Source: Camelus ferus (Eukaryota). From it: a stretch of 64,000 nt of DNA. Below, piece after piece: positions 1-9,500 of the stretch. The notes beneath the pieces are model-generated. The model saw only the letters and a program-made list of their open reading frames with translations, did no database searches and was not told where the DNA came from. Each line of letters starts with the position of its first letter. The stretch's first letter is position 1. The DNA lies in assembly GCF_009834535.1 (NCBI RefSeq), contig NC_045713.1, forward strand, positions 18,724,001 through 18,788,000. Direction: 5' to 3'. The translations under genes and the position numbers were made by a program.

Positions 1-2623
1 ATCGAGGAGGGAGGTATTAAAGTGAAGCTGACCTTGGTGGACACACCTGGCTTTGGGGACTCAGTGGATTGTTCAGACTGGTAAGGAGTAGGGGAGGGTA
101 TGGGGCTCAGCTTCCCAACGTGGCTATTCTGTGGGGACTGAGGGGTTAGATACAGGGCTGGTCTACCCTGGCTGCCCCAACCCTGATCCCAAAGGTGGGG
201 CCCATTTCTGGTGGCCTTGTGGCCCAAAGTGCCCATTGCTTTCCGACATCTCACCTGCCAGTTTCCTCTGATGTCTTTGGTTGGAGCCAAAGAAACTACT
301 TCCCACCCCCACAGTCCTGGCTCCCCTGCCCCCTTCCCTGCCTGTGGTCCCTGATCTCTGACTGCCTGCTCTCTCTCCACGCCCCAGCTGGCTGCCCGTG
401 GTGCGCTTCATTGAGGAGCAATTTGAGCAGTATCTTCGGGATGAGAGTGGCCTGAACCGGAAGAACATTCAGGATACCCGTGTCCACTGCTGCCTCTATT
501 TCATCTCACCCTTTGGCCGGGGGTCTGGAGGGCACCCTGGGGGTTGGGGCATTTGGGAGGGATGAGGGGGGATCTCTGTACCTGAGACTGAGATGGGACC
601 AATCCCTGGGTGCAGGCTCCGGCCTCTAGATGTGGCCTTCCTCCGGGCGGTGCACGAGAAGGTCAACATCATTCCGGTCATTGGCAAAGCAGATGCCCTG
701 ATGCCTAAGGAAACACAGGCCCTCAAGCAGAAGGTGTGTGTGGTGGCCTCTGACCTTTGGCCCCACATGAAGCCAGAAGTCATGATCAAACCCATACTCA
801 GCTTTTGACTTCTTTGATCTTGGGGTAGCCTTTTTGGAGCTTGATGTGTCAGGCTAGATTGTGGGAGGTTTCTGAGAAAGGTGGGACATAAGCTGCCTAA
901 GGGAGCCATGTCTCTGGAGGCTCAGAATAGAATCCCTAGACTGGATGCTTGGCTAAGGCCTGTATGAGGGCAGGGACATAGACATGATGACCCCCTTTTA
1001 TCTCTCTGCCCCGGGGTGCTGACCACCTTCCCAGCCCCAGTGTCTTTGGAGCCCTCTCCCATGTGCCTGCTTATGTTTTTCTCTCCTGGTCTTTTGGTGT
1101 CCGCACTTCTTAGAAACTTCCCAGGCATCTGTCTTCCCTGTTAGGGTAACTGTTTGTCTCAGTTTTGCATCATCTAGGTCTCTGCCTTTCATTGTCTTGA
1201 GATTTTGTTTTCAGTCATCCTGTATATCCATCTCACCATCTGTGTCTTTCATGTCTTCCTCTGTCTCTACCAACCCCTATCTGTATCTGTATCTCACTCT
1301 CTGTGGTCATGTAATTTCTGTGGCTTACAGCCTCTGTGTTTCTCACTATCTCTGCATCTGTCTTTTTTAAGATCCGGGACCAGTTGAGGGAGGAGGAGAT
1401 CAACATCTACCAGTTCCCTGATTGTGACTCTGATGAAGATGAAGACTTCAAGAGGCAGGATGCAGAGATGAAGGTGCAGAGGCAAAGGAGGAAGGGGCAG
1501 AGAAGCAGGGGAGGCAGATGTGGAAGTGGGAGCCAAGAAGTTTCTGCCCAAGGGGGGCCAAGGATGATTCCCTGACTACTGCCCTCTAGGAAAGCATTCC
1601 TTTCGCAGTCGTCGGTTCATGTGAAGTAGTGAGGGATGACGGGCCCCGACCGGTGAGGGGACGACGCTACTCCTGGGGCACCGTGGAGGGTGAGTAAGCC
1701 GGGACATGTGTTCTGAGGCCAGCAAGCAGCCCAGGCCGTCTCCAAGTCAGCCACATCCAACATGTGAAGTTGGGGCAAGCTCTGGTCCCAGGGATCCTAG
1801 GAGCCGAAAGAGGGGTCCTTGGGCAGCAAACTGCGGACCCTCGGCTACAGCGGCGGCAGGGCTTTGGGGCGACCCGACCCAGCTGATGAGGCTGGACCAC
1901 AAGCTCCCTGACGCTCGCCGGTCCGCCCCCCAGTGGAGAACCCCCATCACTGCGATTTCCTGAACCTGCGACGGATGCTGGTACAGACACACCTGCAGGA
2001 CCTGAAGGAGGTGACGCACGATCTGCTCTATGAGGGCTACCGTGCCCGCTGCCTACAGAGCCTGGCCCGGCCCGGGGCGCGTGATCGAGCCAGCCGGAGG
2101 TGAGAGCGGGAGCTGACTCCTAGGTGCTTGCAAGGCCCCGCCCTTACCAGCCTTCACTTTCCAGACCTCTCTCCTAGAATCTTTTCTCACCCACTTTGCT
2201 TACGGCTTTAAGGCCCTAACCCGAAGGACATGTGTCCACCTTCTGGACCCCAGCCAAAGCCTAGGCTCTGCCTCGCGGCCGTGACCCACAACCGCGCCTC
2301 TAGCCCTTGATTGATTCCTGCCCCTTTCCCACACCCCGTAGTAAGCTCTCCCGCCAGAGCGCCACAGAGATCCCGCTGCCCATGCTGCCTCTGGCGGAGA
2401 CGGAGAAGTTGATCCGCGAGAAAGACGAAGAGGTGAGCAAGCACCTAGCTTCCCCCGCGACCAGGGCCCCAAGCCCTCTTCGAAGCCCCTCTCTGGCCTC
2501 GCCCGGTCCCACCGCCTGCAATCTTGCCCTGTACAGCTGCGCCGCATGCAGGAGATGCTGGAGAAGATGCAGGCCCAGATGCAGCAGAACCAGGCTCAAG
2601 GCGAGCAGTCGGACGCTCTCTGA
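1..2623 (+). CDS. SEPTIN1: Septin-1, 3' part (5' exons lie outside the window)
   Basis: Exons 1-80, 388-522, 616-733, 1372-1473, 1590-1689, 1934-2099, 2342-2432 and 2537-2623 join at GT-AG sites in one frame (879 nt). Translation: ..[85 protein letters not shown]. Septin GTPase motifs and the SEPT1-type C-terminus are present. Confidence 0.97.
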
Positions 2624-2914
2624 GGCCCCCGCCGGGGCCCTACTTTACCTCACCTCCGCCTTCAGTTCGTCTCTTGTCCGATCCCCGAGCCCCAGGCTGC
2701 CTGGCTCCTAATCCCGGAGCCCCGGACTGTAAAGCCCTCCCTTGCAAGGGATTCACCGGCTAACAATTTCTCCCAATCTTGGAGTTTGTAGCCCCGCCTT
2801 TGGCCCCGCCCCCGACACCGCCTTGGCCCCGCCCCGTCCACTTAAAGAGCCCGAGCTTCACTTCCAGCCCCTACTCCCCATAACCCTGCTCCACTTCACT
2901 GAAGCTGAGACATC

Positions 2915-2920
2915 AATAAA
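2915..2920 (+). terminator. Poly(A) signal AATAAA of SEPTIN1
   Basis: AATAAA about 290 nt after the stop codon, followed by T-rich sequence. Confidence 0.75.
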
Positions 2921-3145
2921 AACTTAGTTTCTTTGAGGCTTCGCACCTCTTCTCTTTCCCAGCGGGAATAAGTGGCGGGCGTAGCGGATGGAACCGCTCC
3001 ACCCAGGCTTCTGGGCCACTATTTATTCATTCATTTGCTGGGTACTCGTTTAGAGCCAGCCAGTGTTTCAGTCCAGCCTCCCACCTGAGTCCCGCTCGCA
3101 CAAATGCACTGAAGGCGCCGCGGATAAGAAACAAGACCAGTACAA

Positions 3146-3151
3146 TTTATT
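3146..3151 (-). terminator. Poly(A) signal AATAAA of MYLPF
   Basis: TTTATT on the plus strand, about 70 nt past the MYLPF stop. A second copy is at 3022-3027. Confidence 0.75.
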
Positions 3152-3217
3152 AGGAGTCGGGGTGGGGGAGTCGAACTGGCAGGAAGGCGTTGGCCAGCAG
3201 AGGCCTAAGAGAACCCC

Positions 3218-5305
3218 CTACTCCTGGTCCTTGGCGTCGCCATGCGTGATGACGTAGCAGATGTTCTTGTAATCTACGTTGCCGCCCACGTCAGGGGGGA
3301 AGGCCTGCCACATGTTCTTGATCTGGGGAAAAGGTGTCATGGTATCTCCAACCGGTTCTTAGGCCACCCTCCCCCATCCCTCGACTTCTCTTGGGCCCCT
3401 CCCCCACTCACCTCTTCCTGGGAGAAGCGGTCACACTGCGTGGTGAGCAACTCTTCCAGGCTGGAGAGAGGCGACATACAGGGAGTTGAGATTGGGCTTG
3501 GTGAGGCCTTTCCACTACCTCCCATCTCATCCCTATTGCTACTCCCAGTCTCGCCTTGAAAACCAGGCTCACTCTGGATTCCTCATTGGTCTCCCAAACA
3601 CTCTGGCCTCCCTCCTTTTGCCCTTCCCTATATGTGCTGTGAAAATTTAATCCTTGCCCACTTCCACAGTCCTAATTTCTCCCTCATCCCTGGCAATGCC
3701 TAACTCTTTGTAGGATTTAAGGATGCTTTCTGTGTGAGAACAGCTGGAGGGGGTCACTTACAATTTCTTCTTGATGGTGCCCTTCCCCTCAGGGTCCAGG
3801 ACCTTGAAGGCTCCAGTGATCACATCCTCAGGGTCAGCACCTGGGGGTCAGAGGGCACATGAAGCTGAAGGGTTGCTAAGGGGTCAGTGCCTGAAAGGTC
3901 TAGGGAGAGACAGCTGGGGGCTTGGACCCGGGATACTTCATTCACCTTTGAGTTTCTCCCCAAACATGGTCAGGAAGACAGTGAAGTTGATGGGTCCGCT
4001 GGCTTCCTTCATCATGGCATCTAGCTCCTCATTCTTCACATTCAGACGCCCTGGATTAGGATGGGGGAAGCATGGGCTGGAGTGGGGTCTTGGGGCCAGA
4101 GGATGATGCTTCCCATGAATTCACATCATCCCACCCATTTTTCATATGGGTAAACTGAGGCCCAGTGTGGAGCCAGCAGGGCTGGAACACGAGGCTGCTG
4201 AATTCCCATGACTCTGCAGCCTTGAATCTTTACTGGTTGCTGGTTGGGTAGGAGGCTCACCCATGGCTGCGAAGGTGTCCCGCAGGTCTTCCTTGTCAAT
4301 AATGCCATCACGGTTCTGGTCGATTACCGTGAAGGCCTGTGGAGGGCAGGAGTAGGGAGGTTAGGATCCCTATGGCTAGGCTGCAGCATCCTTACCCCAG
4401 GCAGATCAGATTCTGGGTCCCCAGCCAGCCACACTCTTACACTCCAAGCAGAGAGGGGAACAAGGAATTCTAAACTCTTCCCCTCCCCCCAGAACAGGTG
4501 CACATTCTGGGGGGGGGGAGGGGCAGCAGGGGGTGCCTTTGATCAGCCTTCATTCTCCTTTCTTCCCACACTTACCTCCTTGAACTCCTGGATCTGAGTC
4601 TGATCGAACATGGAGAAGACATTGGAGCTTCCGCCCTCTGCTGCTGCCCTTCTTCTGGCCTTCTTGGGTGCCTGAGGGGTTAAGGTGGGGCAGAAGGGCT
4701 CATGGGCCAATCCCTACTCCTCTCTGGAGGCAATGGACTAGATTCAGGGTTCTTTGAGTCCATTCTTCTAAAGTAACTTCTGGCTCTAGACTTCCCCTTC
4801 CTTAGGACCTCTTTGCTGAGGGGACTTGCTTCAGTTGTATCCCAAATTCCTATCCATAGCCCTCAAGTCTCCATCCTTCCATCCTAGCCAACAATTGGAA
4901 CGTACCTCCCCGTCTCAGTGCCCTGAGCCTGCCTCCTCACAGACTTGCTGTGTGACCCTGATCCACTCATTCACCTTGTCTGAACGTCTACTTTCTCATT
5001 TATAGAATGGGAGTGAGAATCCCTGCCTGGCTGGTCCCAGGGGGTTTTAGGAAGATGGAGTGCAGGAAGGTATGATGCATGCTTTGAGAGGGACTGGGTT
5101 CCTGTGGGTGGAGTGTCTGGGCAGATTACTCTTGGTTTGGTCCTTCAGGGTATCATTCTGGACATTCCCCTTAGTGATACCAAGAAAAGGAAGATTCATC
5201 TTTTTTTTCTCTTGCTGACTGGGAACCAGCTACTTTCTTCCAAAGGCTGAGGCTGCCCTGAGGTCTGAGGGATCTGGGAAGGGCTGGGGGATTCTCACTC
5301 ACCAT
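3218..5305 (-). CDS. MYLPF: Myosin regulatory light chain, fast skeletal muscle (MYL11/MYLPF), 170 aa
   Basis: Minus-strand exons 5305-5303 (ATG only), 4671-4576, 4336-4261, 4050-3946, 3840-3762, 3460-3412 and 3322-3218 total 513 nt with GT-AG junctions. Translation: [90 protein letters not shown]. Confidence 0.98.
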
Positions 5306-5384
5306 GTTTTAGGTCTCCTGGGGGCAAGGCAGTGGCTCTGGCTGGAAAGGAGCAGAGAGTCAGCCTGGGGCGGTCCCTCTGGAG

Positions 5385-5392
5385 TTATATAG
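5385..5392 (-). promoter_or_regulatory. TATA box of MYLPF
   Basis: Reads CTATATAA on the minus strand, about 80 nt upstream of the ATG. Confidence 0.75.
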
Positions 5393-6888
5393 TCCTGCCC
5401 CAGGGAGCCCTTAACATACCAGGGTAACCTTAGCCCTGTGGGTGCCCACCCCAGGTACCAAAATAGCCCAGCTCAGGGCCTCTCCTTTCTTGGAGGGCCC
5501 GCAGCAGCTGGAGCTCAGGGAGGGAGGGAGGAGGGAGTGGGTCTTGGGATGCATGTCTCACTAGGACTTGGGCAGGAAGGGATGTTCTTTCTCCATGAAG
5601 GGGACTGGAATGTACCAAAGTTCAGAGAAGATCCAGGCTAAGGCGCAGTACTAGGAGAGAGATGAGTGGGGTGGGCCCAGATTAAAACCCAGTAAGTTTA
5701 TTGAGCATTTAGTGTGCCAGGCTCTGGGCTGTGATTTGTGGGTGCACTTTGGCAAATATAATCTCCCTACCCCATTGTGGAGTTCATAGTTGAGTGTAGG
5801 TATATGTAGGGGTAGGGGTAGAGTTTAAAGGTGGGAGGGATCCATCTGGGGAAGCTGAAGGATTAGAAAGTTCTTCTACATCCCCTTCAAGGAGAGGGGG
5901 GATTTTATAAGGATATATTTGGAGCATGGAGTCACTAGGTATGAAGAGACTAGACAGCCTGGAGCAGAGAGCCTGCTCTGGGATCTTGGGCTTTTTGCTT
6001 CAACTCCCTGGGTCCTTTTTTCCCCCTCTATAAAATGGGGACATAATTCCCATCCCACCCCCGAACTTGTGGATGTGAACGCTATTTCAAAACAGTTAGT
6101 GAAGTATAATCATTATAATTAATATTCAGGCCCTGCCTTGGTGGTACTTACAGTCTAGCCGCGGAAATGACACACCAGCTGGACAGGAGTACAGAAGTAG
6201 AGGGCATAGCAGCCCTATCCAGGAGTATGGGAATGGATTTACGGAGGCCAGTAGAAGTGAGTCAGGTGAAAGTGGAGGAGCAGGCATGCTAAGCAGAGGG
6301 CACCGATGGGCAAAGGCCTGGAATCGTGAAAGATCAGGAGTGTTTAGCTCCCCAGAATTGTGTTGGGCTTGAGCAGAGGATACCAGGGGGTCAGACACAG
6401 GAGGGTCTTCAGTGCCAGGCTGAGGCCCTGGAAGCCTTGAAAAAGTTTGAAACAGGAGAAGGACATGGTCTAGTGAGAGTCTATAATCACTTTTTTGGAT
6501 ACCAGTGTGAAAGTTGGAACTCTTGGGAGAGTCAAAGACACCAAGAGGGAAACTGATTGGTCACCTCCTCCTGGGTGGCTGGGATGGGCCAATGGCTTCT
6601 CTCTCCAATCTGGGCAAGAACCAGCTAGGTTGATTGTGTGACTTTGAGGTAACCTCTCCCACCCATCTGGGCCTCAGTGTCCCAGTCCATTCCATTCAGT
6701 GGCGGTCTGGGGAAACAGTGGCTGAGGAAGCCCCAGGAGGCCCAAGTTTGGCACGGACATTCATCTCCTCCTCCTCCTGCTATCTCTAGGACCTGATGTC
6801 CTGAGGAAGTTGCCTCCTTCCCTCCCCCTCCTCCAGCCTCATGCCAATGCCTCTAAGACATGTTCTTTTCTGGGCACTGGGGTCCAGG

Positions 6889-6999
6889 CACCTGTTGTCT
6901 CTAAGAAGAGAGAAGGAGCCACCCTAAACTTAGCAGCTGCCCTTGGCCTCCTGAACTGCCCCTCCCTGCCTTAGCTGACAGCTGCCTAACCTTATATGG
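6889..6999. promoter_or_regulatory. Candidate muscle enhancer (CArG box plus three E-boxes) upstream of MYLPF
   Basis: Perfect CArG CCTTATATGG at 6990-6999. CAGCTG at 6934-6939 and 6979-6984. CACCTG at 6889-6894. Confidence 0.6.
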
Positions 7000-7929
7000 T
7001 TACCATGGGGGTCCAGGCCCAGGGAGGAGCCCACTTATTGCTGGGTTCTGGGAGGGAAGGAGAACTCCAAAGAAGGTAATGGGGGAAGTGCTCAGGAAGC
7101 TGGAGCCAAATGGAAGGTGGGGAAGTTGAGGAGAAGGAGATCAGAAGCAACATATCTCAGACGCTGGAGTTCACAGGATCTGAGTCTGAGCTTGGAGTGC
7201 AGTGCCTCAAAGAACTCAGAAACCAAGAAATTGGGAAGCTGGGAGCTAGGCTTGACTGAAATTTCAGGATGGTGGACTTTGTATGGAAATTGAAGCTCTC
7301 CTGAGGCTGAATCTTGAATCCTGGGGCTCCAGGGACTGGGGACCAGAGACAGGAGGGGCTGGTAAAGTCAGGGCTTTGTGTTTGTGGTCTAGGGTAGCCT
7401 CTGGAGAAGGGTGGCTGATGAGATTGGGGTCTGGTTTTTGTTTGTTTGTTTTTTGTTTTTGTTTTTTTAGCAGAGAATGCAGAGCACAGAGAAGTGTGTC
7501 AATGAGAGGGAAGTAGGTGATGGGACGGGTCCTGGATCCCCTAAAGAATAAGAACACAGATATGGGAGTTCATAGTATTGGGAATTCATGGTTTGTGGTC
7601 TGGGACCCCAGTAGAATAGGGGAGGTGGGCCACTCAGAGGACGAAGTCCCAGGAATTGGAGCCCAGATTCTGGGGAGGAGCTCAGATAGTTGGGGCTGAA
7701 GAGAGGGACTTGGGGTTTGGGATTCCTGCCGGGGATGGCGGACCCAGAGAGATGAGTAGCTTAAAGGATTTTAGGGCTCTGGTTATAGTCGCCTGGGCTT
7801 GGAGTGCTGGGGTTGGTTGAGGACCAGGCTAAGACTTAGAGACAGAGTGGAGGTCGAGAGTACTTTATCAGGGCACTGGATCTGTGGTGGGCTTGGGAGC
7901 TGAATGGAGAATGGGGACCAAGAAAGGAC

Positions 7930-9500
7930 TCAGGCAGGGCAGCGCGGCGCTCTTATTGGCTAAGGAATGCACCAATACTCCCGGCCCCCGCCCTCTCTCC
8001 GCCCTGTCCCCAACTGTCACCCCTCTCCCGCGCTTGTCTCGGATTGTCACCGATATCCCTGACCTGGCACCGCCTGCTGGCAGCGCCCCTACTCTTTGGA
8101 TGCTGCCATTGGCTGATACAGCTATCTATCTTCCTCCCGTTGCTAAAGTGAGAGAATGAGCTTATTGGCTACTGAGGCACATTAATCGCAAATTTGCCCT
8201 GGTCCCCCGCCCCCCTCAGCTGTCATTTCTTCCTGACCTTCTTGGGAGACCTAAAGAATTCCTCAATTCCTCAGCTCCTATTGACAGCGGATACTGTCTG
8301 TCATTGCCTAAATAGACATTATTGTCTGTCAATTTGACCTCCGCCTACTTCCCTTTTCATTGGCTCTCTTTTAATTATTCCTATGAGCCAGCCCTGCCTC
8401 TCCTCGCACAGCACCCGCCTCCTTCCGCCGTCATTCACTATTCAGCCATCTTTATTGGCCAGGAGGTTAAGCTTCCCGCTTTGCTATTAGTTACTTCCTT
8501 CGTTCCACCTCCTCCTGCCTTCACGCGCCCTCTCATTGGCTTTTAGAGCCCTCCGCCTTCTCCATTTCCTCTTCCTAAATTACCCACCCCCTTCCCACCT
8601 CCAACCCCACCCACCCTTCCAACGATTGGTAGAAACCCAGTTCCCTCTCTCCTATTATTCGTCTGAGCCCTCTGACAAGGCGGGAGGAAAAAGGAGCGCG
8701 ATGGGACCGCCCGCGCGCAGGCGTGGAACGCCGAAACGCTGGCCGCTTGGCCGGCACCGGGGCGTATGCGCAGGCGCGAGGTCGGCTGCTCGCCCGAAGC
8801 GGGAGGGAGGGGGCGGCGGCGAGAGATCGAGACGGGTGAGAGAGCGAGAGGGAGACCCCGACGCCTGGCATCCCTGGACCCCTGCCCCGCCTCCGCGCGC
8901 TTGGCAGCTGCCCGCGCGCCGCCCCTGACCCCAGCGCGCGCCGGGCCGCGCCCTTCGCCCTCTCCCCTTTCTCGGCAGGCGGCGCGGAGCGGCCTGAGGG
9001 GCGGCGCCTCTTGCGGCCGCCCCGGCGGGGGGATGTGAGGGGCGGCCCGCGGCCATGGAGACCGGCCCGGCGCCTCTGGTGGCCCCGCCGCGCCGTCATG
9101 GCGCCCCCGCGGCCCCTTCGCCGCCGCCCCGCAGCTCCCGGGCTGGGTCCGTCGTGGTGGTGGCTCCGGGGCCGCCAGTGACCACGGCCATTTCGGCCCC
9201 GGTCACTCTGGTTGCCCCCGGGGAGGCGCAGCCCGCATGGGTACCGGGTCCGACCCAGGCCTCGGCCTCGGCCTCGGGTCCGATGGTCACAGGCAGCACG
9301 GTGGTGGTGCTGACTCTGGAGGCCTCACCCGAAGCCCCGAAGGTGCAGGTCTCCGGCCCAGAGCCCTTGGCGCCCCAGGCTGTGGCAGGAGCCGAGATGT
9401 CTAAGGCTCTGGCCCCAGGGGCAGACTCTCCAAAGACGGAGGAGGCCGGAATCTCACCCGCGCCTGGACCAGGTACCCTTACCGGGAACCCCACCAGGAC
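7930..9500. promoter_or_regulatory. CpG island / promoter region of TBC1D10B with multiple CCAAT boxes
   Basis: Dense CpG and GC boxes at about 8690-9450. ATTGG boxes at 7955, 8108, 8164, 8359, 8454, 8535 and 8625. Confidence 0.8.

Noticed and set aside
5458-5466. CCAAAATAG as a MEF2 site in the MYLPF promoter
   Set aside because: It is too far from the YTA(A/T)4TAR consensus to call from sequence alone.
8536-9099. Several 90-174 aa Arg/Gly/Pro-rich ORFs
   Set aside because: Expected in a stop-poor CpG island. No recognisable domain or splice structure.
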